A stretch of 38,485 nucleotides of DNA from a virus. Its lineage: Duplodnaviria; Heunggongvirae; Uroviricota; Caudoviricetes. A program made the translations under genes and the position numbers. The notes below the pieces were generated by a model. The model was not told the DNA's origin, did not search any database, and saw nothing but the letters and a program-made list of their open reading frames with translations. The DNA is taken from positions 1 to 38,485 of IMG/VR virus record IMGVR_UViG_2911215477_000001; one strand, written 5' to 3'. Below, in pieces: positions 27,301 through 34,734 of this stretch (its first letter is position 1; the number at the start of each line of letters is the position of its first letter).

Positions 27301-28303
27301 CGAAGCGAGCCAGCGAGATGGCAGCGATTGCCGTGGCGACGTTTGCCAGGCGCTCCAGGTTGTTGGTCATCAGGCGGATCGAGCCGATAGCCATGTCCGA
27401 GAACAGGCCATTGCTCATGTCCACCTTCAGCTTCAGCCAGGCGTTGCTCAGGCGGTTCAGCTCGGCGTTCATGCCGTGCGACGCCTCTTCCCAGCCGTTG
27501 CCAGCTTCGGAGATCGCCTGAATCAGGGCCGGCAGCACGTCAGCGGTGACGAGCTTGCCCTGCTGCATGAGCTTGTCGAAGGACTTGCCTGCGTCCTCGG
27601 TGCCTTCCTTCATCTTGAGGACGGCATGCTCGAAGCGAGGCACGATACCGGGAATGGCCTGACCCAACTGCAGACGCAGTTCCTGAGCCTGGACCTTACC
27701 CTTGGAGAACATCTGCTCCAGCGCGAGCAGTGCGCGGGAGGACTGGTCAGCGCTCAGGTGCATCACGGTCGATGCCTGACCTAGCGCGGTGAACAGTTCC
27801 TGCTGCTTGCTCATGGCGATGCCATTGGCGGTTGCAGCAGCGGACAGCTGAGCGAAGCCCTGGCCTGCGGAGGCAAGGTTCAAGCCCAGCTTGTCGGAAG
27901 TCTTGACCACGAAGTCGAACGCCTGCGCAGCCTGGCTGAGCGAACCCAGCGCGCCGACAAGCGTGTATTTGATCGACTGCATCGCCACCTGAGCGTCGAT
28001 CAGGGAGGTCACGCCCTCTTTGATAGCAGTGAAGCCGACGAAGCCCACCATGAGCTTCTTCAGGTCATCCATTGCCTTGAAGGTGGACTTGCTCTGACGC
28101 TCCAGCTGTTGCATGGAACGGGTAGTCAGGCCGAACGACGCAGAAGCCCCGACCGTTGCGCGGTCGAGGCCACTCATCTTTGCTGCGATCTCTTCGGTGG
28201 TCTTACCGAAGATGGTCAGCAATTCGCCTGCACGTTTGATCTTGGCGGAGAACTGACCACTGTCGAGGTCGAGTTCTACTTCCATCGCAGCAATGTCGGT
28301 CAC
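24323..28303 (-). CDS. Tape measure protein, 1326 aa
   Basis: Tape-measure domain (ALEQMFSKGKVQAQELRLQLGQAIP), long Ala-rich helices and a lambda-H-like C-terminus (HANGG..GEGRLPEA..PL). Confidence 0.93.
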   Translation of the reverse strand: MTDIAAMEVELDLDSGQFSAKIKRAGELLTIFGKTTEEIAAKMSGLDRATVGASASFGLTTRSMQQLERQSKSTFKAMDDLKKLMVGFVGFTAIKEGVTSLIDAQVAMQSIKYTLVGALGSLSQAAQAFDFVVKTSDKLGLNLASAGQGFAQLSAAATANGIAMSKQQELFTALGQASTVMHLSADQSSRALLALEQMFSKGKVQAQELRLQLGQAIPGIVPRFEHAVLKMKEGTEDAGKSFDKLMQQGKLVTADVLPALIQAISEAGNGWEEASHGMNAELNRLSNAWLKLKVDMSNGLFSDMAIGSIRLMTNNLERLANVATAIAAISLARFGAGLVVGKRGSDGNYSGGLNSYIDKARQARDNADQARANAVELKQTADIATAHRRSAEATLADLQAKQQLAREQAKNAGVDKFSAIFGGNTAGIQQEYNQASVQLMKIGRITKEINRDQLKAEMDLQAARAAGSARAEKDALRRIANNQKLLDQWAIEKEMEAQRLNSARTLLITEKEIVRTRAAAGALKGIELNHRETSLAANAAANAAAKASSAFKLIGTGIKAIGTTALGLVGGPIGLLITAVTTVGFAFMDARSKAKAMKEEIAGSVQSIKDMREQLVAANKEFQRATTSMSVNDAAEKGASATKELQDRLKEVSDLQEQINKWNAGEASLKESQYGGMSRMLGAEAMNGFQGLRAEWAKMTGTYDAAKEKVEKLTPELEKLNQEIGRNSGLVLSTTWSGKGGIQEYLSGIYDKANSAKSGLEGLKQAASGLFGLGDAFKDTFNLRSAGTAQANKEGGNVEQERSDAQRKWEERDMDARQKTLNRKEKWIEGLAQAAGKEKKVLLSELATNKEFQEQSKAFDDLADYQGKLDAYKKEKKTGPARADELATLKGKIAELTDELKGGQGELAKFKAELEAGKKRGETAGWVQQMEAGIAQLEDLQVKLKAQKKSLAEVEKATGQLDDIQARLNSDLDASKDQLSGDLYGRQAAGAVGLNRQLAVLEQTLRNNGKWTDELAAKFDNLRQVQAQIDSNKLQLDLVKTINQNGAAMNANPNARKRAEADEEIRLLRERVSATQLTGDERVRLEEKSNEAIRSINDRYEFDTRASWKRQLDDWQNLAERMADVWGNAMNSGVEATLTFVETGKFQFKSFATDILKQIARIQLQKAIAGIAESFMTMGKTTAVQGSGNGGGSYSFDFAADANSGVVKHANGGVFGPKGSIPLKKYSMGGIANKPQLALYGEGRLPEAYVPLPDGRTIPVTMKGGSAGSAQPEMNVQVNVINQSGQQVQAKESSRRFDGKQMVLDVVLEAMNSAGSFREGMRNAVR

Positions 28304-28321
28304 TCACATCATCCTTGATGT

Positions 28322-28992
28322 TTAGCCGGCGAGTCCTTTGAGCTTGTTCCAGCCCTGGCTATCGAAACGCGGCTTCTCTACAACAACGACACCGATGCTG
28401 TCCTCCAGCTCGGATACGTATTCCCTGCGGGTGTCAGCCTCCGCGTGCTCCATGCTTGCCAGCCTGAAAGCGGAAAGGCGTTCCGTCGCCTTATGCCGAT
28501 TCATCTGCCGGTAGCAGGTCCAAAATGCGTGGATTGGCGTGGACATGGTTTGTTGCCACGTCCACGAGTAGAACCGCATGACCTCAGTTACGAGGAACGG
28601 AAAATCGACTGACTCGATTTCCCTTACGGAGTCGGCTCCGCTTGCTGCGTCGGTTCGGCTTCCGCTGCCGGAGCTGCGTCGTTTCCCTTGTCACCTTCGT
28701 CGCTGGGGAAAGCGTCGAAGATCAGGTTCACGACGGCGTACATCTGGCGCATGGTCAGCTTGCCGACGAGTTCACCGGGCATGTCCGGCAGCGCGTTGCT
28801 GATGATGACCTTGGCAAGGCGTGCGACCTTGGCGTTGTCACCGACTTCCTGCGCTTCGAACAGCTCATCGGCTTTCGCCTGGATGTCCACGAACGACTCA
28901 AGGTCGAATTCCTGGATCTCGTATTCCGTCCCCTTGAGAGTCACGACGCGGCGGGGAGCTGCCAGTTCGTCGAGGTTGATCAGTCGCGTCAT
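28322..28992 (-). CDS. Tail assembly chaperone GT (G + T fusion by -1 frameshift)
   Basis: The -1 frame is open from G GGA AAC (28687-28681) through ..EIESVDFPFLVTEVMRFYSW.. to the stop at 28322. Confidence 0.8.
28624..28992 (-). CDS. Tail assembly chaperone G
   Basis: 122-aa acidic protein between the tail tube and tape measure genes. Confidence 0.85.
   Translation of the reverse strand: MTRLINLDELAAPRRVVTLKGTEYEIQEFDLESFVDIQAKADELFEAQEVGDNAKVARLAKVIISNALPDMPGELVGKLTMRQMYAVVNLIFDAFPSDEGDKGNDAAPAAEAEPTQQAEPTP
28681..28687 (-). other. -1 ribosomal frameshift slippery heptamer G GGA AAC
   Basis: X XXY YYZ phasing within G (AAG GGA AAC), and the -1 frame joins the downstream 85-aa ORF. Confidence 0.85.
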
Positions 28993-29002
28993 TTCTTCAA
29001 TC

Positions 29003-29035
29003 CATGAAGAGAGGCGGGGAGGTTTCCCTCCCCGC
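29003..29035 (-). terminator. Weak intrinsic terminator after the tail tube gene
   Basis: GCGGGGAGG-GAAA-CCTCCCCGC 9-bp stem (29014-29035) followed by CTCTCTT, a poor U-tail. Confidence 0.6.
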
Positions 29036-29043
29036 GTGGTTGG

Positions 29044-29586
29044 TTACGGCGTCGGGAGATCCGGGCCGATGGTGAACAGCACCTTGGTTGCCGGGTCCGG
29101 GTAGCCGTTGAACACGGCATTGAACACGCGCTCGTCGTCCACCTTGTAGGCGAACTTCAGAGCGCCGGCAGTGGCTGCCAGCGGGATCACCAAGTCTTCC
29201 GACTGGTCGGCGTCGTCCAGGCCGATGGGATGCAGAACCAGCTTCTTGGCCTGGTTCAGGAGGTTGATGCCAGTGCCCACCTGCACGAGCGCCTGCTTCT
29301 TGGCAGTCGGACCCGTGCCCTCGGTCACGACGGTCGTGCCGGGCATGATGAGCTTGAGGTTTTCGACCGTGGTCTCGGCCAGCGGGCACGTCACGGAGAT
29401 CTTGCGACCCATGATGTACTCGGAGATCGGCGTGTTGCCGAACTGGTCCACGTTCACGGCATGGGTGTCCGTGGTGACTTCGACGTCCACACCGCCCTTG
29501 GTATAACCCAGGTCAGTGCCATCCAGAGTCACTTTGCACACGCCAATCTTGACGTTCTGAGTGCTGCTAGTGCTAGGCGTTGCCAT
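29044..29586 (-). CDS. Major tail tube protein
   Basis: NVKIGVCKV..DLGYTKGGV..VDQFG..GRKISVTCPLAE siphovirus tube motif, and expected position. Confidence 0.88.
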   Translation of the reverse strand: MATPSTSSTQNVKIGVCKVTLDGTDLGYTKGGVDVEVTTDTHAVNVDQFGNTPISEYIMGRKISVTCPLAETTVENLKLIMPGTTVVTEGTGPTAKKQALVQVGTGINLLNQAKKLVLHPIGLDDADQSEDLVIPLAATAGALKFAYKVDDERVFNAVFNGYPDPATKVLFTIGPDLPTP

Positions 29587-29640
29587 TTTGCTTCCTTGCC
29601 TCTTCGGTTATCTGCGGCTTCCTGCCCCAGGGCGATACGT

Positions 29641-29665
29641 CTATGTATCTACATACATACTACCA
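29641..29665 (-). promoter_or_regulatory. Operator-like palindrome 7 plus extended -10 (tail-tube promoter)
   Basis: CTATGT-atct-ACATAC-ATAC at 29641-29660. The minus strand reads TG-G-TAGTAT directly before the core. Confidence 0.75.
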
Positions 29666-29680
29666 CAGGCGAAAACAACC

Positions 29681-30070
29681 TCAACGGTTGATGGGTGCCC
29701 AGGTAGCCTGCAGGTTGATGAGCATTTCGATCATGTCGCCCGGCGTGTCAGGAAAGGTGATCGGATCGTGGGTCGCACGCATGCGCTTGATCTCCAGCTG
29801 ATCCGGGATGATTCGGCGGTGAATGTCCAGTTCCCGCACGATGGCCTCAGCACGCTTCACGCACGCCGAGTAGTCGGTATCACGCACCACCACCTTGAAG
29901 GGCGTGCGCTTGAGGTCCGGGATGTCGTCGTCACGTTCGGTGCCCATCAGGTCGTCCATGATGAGAACGCCAGTTCGGATCTTCTCCGGCATGTTGTGGA
30001 TGAACAGCGTCTTGGTCGGGATGCCGTGCTTCTTCTCGGTGAGAATCGCGGCTACTGCTTCAAGGATCAT
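29681..30070 (-). CDS. Tail terminator / tail completion protein
   Basis: 129 aa immediately upstream of the tail tube gene, consistent with gpU-like position and size. Confidence 0.7.
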   Translation of the reverse strand: MILEAVAAILTEKKHGIPTKTLFIHNMPEKIRTGVLIMDDLMGTERDDDIPDLKRTPFKVVVRDTDYSACVKRAEAIVRELDIHRRIIPDQLEIKRMRATHDPITFPDTPGDMIEMLINLQATWAPINR

Positions 30071-30525
30071 TTGCGCCTCTTGTTGCTGATCTGGGTGATG
30101 GTGTCTTTGAGCCCGTCCTTCACGCGCTGGGCGATACGGGGTTTCAGCTCTCGATAGGCGCGCTCCAGATACTTCGGACCCACCTTCTTCCCGTTGAGCA
30201 GCGCTTTGGCTAGGCTCAACCGTCCGAGGCGATACTCACCGGCATGCTTCTGGTTCCAGATGAAGCCTTCATGCAGCTGCCAGGCGTACTTCGCTGCCCT
30301 ACCCTGCACGCCGATCTTGTAGGTGAAGCTGGACGAGTTGCTGTCACGACGGGCACGAATGCCCATCTCCAGGTCGCCCTTCTTGAACGGAGCGTAGGAA
30401 CGAGCAAGGGCGCTCATCTCCTGAGCACCCTCTCGCACTGCTTGCTTGGCGGCGTCCGTGCATCGACGGTCCACTTCCCTGAAGGTCGAGACCGTGGATT
30501 GGAGCCCTTTAAGCTTGAGCCCCAT
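30067..30525 (-). CDS. HK97 gp10-like tail/neck component
   Basis: Basic protein with ARSYAPFKKGDLEMGI..KYAWQLHEG..GPKYLERAY pattern. Confidence 0.78.
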   Translation of the reverse strand: MGLKLKGLQSTVSTFREVDRRCTDAAKQAVREGAQEMSALARSYAPFKKGDLEMGIRARRDSNSSSFTYKIGVQGRAAKYAWQLHEGFIWNQKHAGEYRLGRLSLAKALLNGKKVGPKYLERAYRELKPRIAQRVKDGLKDTITQISNKRRK

Positions 30526-30871
30526 CCGCCTTCTCCGTGGTGATCAGGTCCACCTGCCAGTGATCCAGCTTGCCGGGCACGTTGTAGCGAGGGAAAACCC
30601 CGCTGATGCGCATCCGGAAGTCCATGAACTCCACCAGGTCGCCTGCCTTGGGCGTGAAGGTCTTCGGGAACAGCATGCGTGCCTTGGTGATGGCCTCGTG
30701 AGCCGCACTGTGCGACGCGGAGCTGTCCGTTCGCACGCTGGTCGTGTCCTCGGACTGGATCAGGGTGACGATGGCGCAGCGGATCTTCTGGGCGGGTCCG
30801 AACTGCTGCATGCCGTAGAGGTTCGCCCCAACCAGGCGACGAACCTTGCAAGTCGTGTTGGGGATGAACAT
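30509..30871 (-). CDS. Head closure / head-tail adaptor protein
   Basis: 120-aa beta-rich protein in the head-tail joining cluster, overlapping its neighbours. Confidence 0.7.
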   Translation of the reverse strand: MFIPNTTCKVRRLVGANLYGMQQFGPAQKIRCAIVTLIQSEDTTSVRTDSSASHSAAHEAITKARMLFPKTFTPKAGDLVEFMDFRMRISGVFPRYNVPGKLDHWQVDLITTEKADGAQA

Positions 30872-31578
30872 CAGACAGCTCCCACCACGGCGGTCGAACG
30901 CGGGTGGAACACCTCGTCCGCGAGATCCAGGTAGGTCGGCAGCTCCAGACCATCCACCAGGGCGATCTGACGACCGTTGTTCTCGCTGTCCGCGCTCAGG
31001 GTGACGATCTGGGCGGTCTCGTGACCATCCAGACGCAGCAGGTTCATCTGCACCTCGTTGAACAGGTCCAGGGCAGCCTTGCGCATGGTCAGGTAGACGA
31101 AGTTCTGACTGGTCATCGACTGGCCGGCACGGTTGAGCGTGCGCAGATCGGTGGACAGCGGGACAGCCGTGCCCTGACGCGAGGCGACCATGTAGCGGAA
31201 CTTCCGCTGGTAGATCTGTGCGACCTGGCCGAAGTGATGCTGGATGCTGTTGCCGACCAGGGGAACGCTCTCTGCCAGCGGCTGACGAGTCGCCTGCCCT
31301 GCCAGAGCGTCATCACCCTTTGCAGCGCTCAGGAACTCGACCATCTGGCTGCCGAAGTGCATCAGGCTCGATTCCGCCATGATGCGGGCAGACGTCAGCA
31401 CGGACGGGAGCACGTTCTGGAACGCACGGTATCCCAGCAGCGACGGGCTGCGATGAAAGTGCGTCTCCAGCGCCCCGTCGAGCGTCATAGTGTGCATCTC
31501 AGACGCTTGAGCAGCACGGGTAGCAGTTTCATCGAGAAGCGCCCAGATCGACGCATAGAGCGACTTACGAGCGTCCAA
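30871..31578 (-). CDS. Hypothetical virion protein, 235 aa
   Basis: Translationally coupled ORF within the head-tail cluster. No motif recognised. Confidence 0.7.
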   Translation of the reverse strand: MDARKSLYASIWALLDETATRAAQASEMHTMTLDGALETHFHRSPSLLGYRAFQNVLPSVLTSARIMAESSLMHFGSQMVEFLSAAKGDDALAGQATRQPLAESVPLVGNSIQHHFGQVAQIYQRKFRYMVASRQGTAVPLSTDLRTLNRAGQSMTSQNFVYLTMRKAALDLFNEVQMNLLRLDGHETAQIVTLSADSENNGRQIALVDGLELPTYLDLADEVFHPRSTAVVGAV

Positions 31579-32350
31579 GGTTCACCTCCCAGATGACGTA
31601 GCCGCGCAGCAGATCCATGGTCCGGCGATTGACCGGCATGAGCAGCGCCTTCTCGGGGCGGAAGAACATGGTGCTCTCGCCAATCGACTCGGACAGGAGA
31701 CCCTGCTGTCGCTTGTAGGCGATGCTGTTGGTGTCGAGCAGCTCGTTCGCTTCGGCAACCTGTGCCAGGCGCAGCGAGTCCACGAACTGCTTGGGAAGGT
31801 CGAGGTAGTCCTCAGCCTTCAGATTCAGGAGACCAGTCAGGCGCAGGCGCTCGTAGCCACCATTGGCCGTTGGCTTGGTGACAGAGAACGTCAGGCGCGA
31901 GATCTGCTGGTAGGCGGTGGACAGAGCCACGACCTTGTTGCGACGGTCTGCCTCGTTGAACGCTTCCACGTTGGCCATGGAGGCACCGTTGACGATGGCC
32001 TGGCCGTAGGTCTGGAAGCTGTTCGTGCCAGTCTCCAGAGCGTTGGTCGATTCGATCACATACTCGGAGGTCAGAAGGTAGGTTGCGCCATCCTTCGTGA
32101 CCTCGGCTTTGATCATGCGGAATCCACGTACAGCGCCGGCAGCAAGCGTGTTCGCTTCTGCGGAGACGCGCACGAACATCTCCAGCTCACCCTCGACGGG
32201 GAGCGGGTCCATGTTCTCGGTATGAATCTCGCCACCATTCTCGTCCAGGACGGTAATGACGACGGCTTCGGGTGCAGTCAGATCCAGGCCCGAGTCGTCC
32301 TGCAGCTGAAATGCGACCGTTACCGGACTGCCGGCGAAGTACGTGTCCAC
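31565..32350 (-). CDS. Head-tail connector protein, 261 aa
   Basis: C-terminal LRLAQVAEANELL..GLLSESIGESTMFFR pattern typical of connector/adaptor proteins, and expected position. Confidence 0.7.
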   Translation of the reverse strand: MDTYFAGSPVTVAFQLQDDSGLDLTAPEAVVITVLDENGGEIHTENMDPLPVEGELEMFVRVSAEANTLAAGAVRGFRMIKAEVTKDGATYLLTSEYVIESTNALETGTNSFQTYGQAIVNGASMANVEAFNEADRRNKVVALSTAYQQISRLTFSVTKPTANGGYERLRLTGLLNLKAEDYLDLPKQFVDSLRLAQVAEANELLDTNSIAYKRQQGLLSESIGESTMFFRPEKALLMPVNRRTMDLLRGYVIWEVNLGRS

Positions 32351-32352
32351 GA

Positions 32353-32784
32353 TTAGCCCGCCTTCGCCAGGATGGCTTCGATCAGCTCGGCAATGCTGCG
32401 ACCACGGACGCCGAGGGTGTCAGCGATCTCGCGAACGCCGGCAATGCCACGCTGGTCAGCAACCTTCTCCAGGTCTTCGCGGGTGTACTGGGCCGCTTCC
32501 TCGACCTTCTGGTGTTCCTTGGTCGCTTCGTTGGCGGTTTCCACGTCGATCAGGGTCGATTCCACCTTGGCCGGCGTGTCCTTGTTCGCGAGGTAGTCGC
32601 TGTTGCTGGTGATCTGCGCTTCCGAGTCGCACAGTTCGATGCGGACCAGGGAGCCCAGCTGACGGGCGACGGAGGGAGCCACGGCTTCGACCGAGAGGCT
32701 GTTGAGGAACTCGACGCCACCGAAGGTGCCGTTGAAATTACCCCAGCCCTTCTCGACGATCTTGATGCGCTGTGCAGAATTCAT
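32353..32784 (-). CDS. Hypothetical head-associated protein with C-terminal HeH/Rho-N-like helices
   Basis: 143 aa after the major capsid gene, ending YTREDLEKVAD..GIAGVREIADTLGVRGRSIAELIEAIL. Confidence 0.7.
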   Translation of the reverse strand: MNSAQRIKIVEKGWGNFNGTFGGVEFLNSLSVEAVAPSVARQLGSLVRIELCDSEAQITSNSDYLANKDTPAKVESTLIDVETANEATKEHQKVEEAAQYTREDLEKVADQRGIAGVREIADTLGVRGRSIAELIEAILAKAG

Positions 32785-32799
32785 GCTTTGTCCTTGTGC

Positions 32800-32835
32800 A
32801 AAAGAAAAAGGGACGGGCGATAAGCCCGCCCCTTT
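32800..32835 (-). terminator. Intrinsic terminator after the major capsid gene
   Basis: Minus strand GGGGCGGGC-TTATC-GCCCGTCCC-TTTTTCTTTT. Confidence 0.88.
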
Positions 32836-32857
32836 CGGGTTGCTCTAAGCCGATGGC

Positions 32858-33766
32858 TTAGACGTTGGTGATGCCCTTCAGGCGAGCCATCGAGCGCGTG
32901 GACTTGAGGGCCAGGCCCACATACCACTTCAGGCGGTAGCGCCAGGCGTCCTTGTTCTGGACGGTGCCGAGAGCTTCCAGGCGGATGCCCGCAGCTTCGC
33001 CACCGTGCAGACCGTGCAGGCCGTCGTCTTCGTTCAGACGCAGCGCGTACACGCTGGTCGTGGCATCGGCGGAACCCTGGGCTTCCGTGCCGATGTAGTC
33101 GTTGACGATGATCGGCATGCCGTTGTGGCACAGCATGGGGCGACCGAAGTTCGGCAGGATCAGCTCGGACGGCGAGGTGCCACCAGCTGCGCGGAGCAGC
33201 GCACGGTATGCGCGGACGGTGCCCGAACGCATCACGAGGCAGTCAGCGCCGTTCGGCACCATGTCCACCAGCTCGTCGAGCATGGAGAGGGTCAGCGCGG
33301 AACCGTTGGCACCCACGACCTGCACCTGGCTCGAACCCAGACCGTTGGAGATCGCGGCGATACCATCGAATTCCTTCGAATGGACCGAGCGGTCGCCGTT
33401 GATGAGGGTCTTCTGGAACTTGGTGCGCAGACCCTTCGCCTTCGCGGCGATCTGCAGGGCCACCTGGTCGTTCACATCGCTCTCGGACGAGGCGAGGAAC
33501 TTGTCGATGTCCACGTCATGCGCCAGGACGCGGAGCGCCGTGGTGACTTCGGTGAACTTCGCAGCACCTTCCGGCACTTCCTCGTTCGGATCCAGGAACT
33601 CGGCTTCGACCACACCGTTCTCACGGTTGTAGACGTAAGCCTTACCATCGGTTCGGGTGAACGGCAGCACGGCGAACAGGTCGTCGCGGTCGATCACCTC
33701 TTCGATCACGCCACGGACGAGATCGTTGTTCGAAAGCTTGTCAGCTTCCACTTTCAGCAACGGCAT
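32858..33766 (-). CDS. Major capsid protein (HK97 fold), 302 aa
   Basis: Follows the scaffold gene, has a strong SD and its own terminator. MPLLKVEADKLSNN..DDLFAVLPF..YVYNRE and RYRLKWY motifs. Confidence 0.92.
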   Translation of the reverse strand: MPLLKVEADKLSNNDLVRGVIEEVIDRDDLFAVLPFTRTDGKAYVYNRENGVVEAEFLDPNEEVPEGAAKFTEVTTALRVLAHDVDIDKFLASSESDVNDQVALQIAAKAKGLRTKFQKTLINGDRSVHSKEFDGIAAISNGLGSSQVQVVGANGSALTLSMLDELVDMVPNGADCLVMRSGTVRAYRALLRAAGGTSPSELILPNFGRPMLCHNGMPIIVNDYIGTEAQGSADATTSVYALRLNEDDGLHGLHGGEAAGIRLEALGTVQNKDAWRYRLKWYVGLALKSTRSMARLKGITNV

Positions 33767-33791
33767 TTAAGACACTCCTTGTCTTGTTTCG

Positions 33792-33811
33792 GTATGTATG
33801 TGGTTACGTAC
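33792..33811 (-). promoter_or_regulatory. Operator-like palindrome 8 (upstream of the capsid gene)
   Basis: GTAT-GTATGT-ggtt-ACGTAC at 33792-33811. The -10 box is weak here. Confidence 0.7.
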
Positions 33812-33859
33812 TTGTATTGCTACAACCGAACCCGCCAGTTCCCTTTGGCGTGAACTCAG

Positions 33860-34678
33860 TTAGAAGCCGCTCGACGGGAGCTTGATGGCACCCGCGTTGA
33901 CGGCAGCTCGGATGCGATCACGGCCCGAGCCCACGTCCACATCAGCCTTGGCACCGTCCTGGTTCTTGGAACCGGAGCCGGCGCGCATCTGCGAGCGGAG
34001 CATGTGGTCACGGTCGGGATCGCCATTGACGATCTTCTCCAGCGCCTTTTCGAATTGCAGCGGCGAACCGTTGCCATCGACCAGGACGGAGCGACCAGCG
34101 GCACCGACCGGCTTGTCATAGCCGACGACGTTGCCGTCCTTCACTTCGAAATGTCCGCCGTACACCGTGCGAGCCTTGGCCGGGGTCAGCGTGAGCTGAT
34201 CGCGGACGAAGGACGAGTCACCGAACGAACGGCCAATCGTCAGCTCGATGATCTGGGCACGCGAGGCTTCCAGTTCCGCCGACATCGAGGTGAGCTTCGT
34301 GCTCGTCTCGTTGGTCAGCGCTTCCAGCGCCTTGTTGTGCTCGTCGATCATCTGGGTCTTGACGCTTTCGAACTCACCGCGCTTTTCAGCTTCGGTGCGT
34401 TGGCGTTCGGCTTCCAGGCGGTCGCTTTCTGCCTTGTCCTTGAGCAGCTGCTTCACTGCCTCGGGATCAATGCCTTCGAACTTCTTCTGGTGTTCGGTCA
34501 GGGACTCTTCCAACTCGCGGATGCGGGTCTTCTTGTCCATGACTTCCTTCAGGAGCTTGGCTTCGGCGTCGGACGGGGTGTTCTTGCCACCCTCATTGCC
34601 CGGACCACCTGCGCCCTTGCCCTGATCTTCCTTACCAGCCTCGTCCATCAGGCGGCGATTGCGAAACTTGTTGAACAT
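33860..34678 (-). CDS. Capsid scaffolding protein
   Basis: Charged coiled-coil protein between portal and capsid genes. ATG at 34678 with AAGGA SD. Confidence 0.82.
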   Translation of the reverse strand: MFNKFRNRRLMDEAGKEDQGKGAGGPGNEGGKNTPSDAEAKLLKEVMDKKTRIRELEESLTEHQKKFEGIDPEAVKQLLKDKAESDRLEAERQRTEAEKRGEFESVKTQMIDEHNKALEALTNETSTKLTSMSAELEASRAQIIELTIGRSFGDSSFVRDQLTLTPAKARTVYGGHFEVKDGNVVGYDKPVGAAGRSVLVDGNGSPLQFEKALEKIVNGDPDRDHMLRSQMRAGSGSKNQDGAKADVDVGSGRDRIRAAVNAGAIKLPSSGF

Positions 34679-34700
34679 TCCGTGTTTTCCTTGATGCCAT

Positions 34701-34732
34701 TCACTTGGCAATCTCTTGGCCAGTCACTTGGC
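34701..34732. repeat. Three near-tandem 9-mers TC(A/T)CTTGGC
   Basis: TCACTTGGC 34701-34709, TCTCTTGGC 34712-34720, TCACTTGGC 34724-34732. Confidence 0.7.
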
Positions 34733-34734
34733 CG

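Noticed and set aside
24284-27784. 1166-aa + strand ORF, plus other + strand ORFs at 4673-6178, 34705-36393 and 36353-38020
   Set aside because: Shadows of the TMP, helicase, portal and terL genes. No independent protein signatures.
33833-33850. CGCCA-AAGGGAAC-TGGCG hairpin after the scaffold gene as another Rsm site
   Set aside because: The 8-nt loop lacks a good CANGGA context and lies upstream of the capsid operator. Too weak to count.
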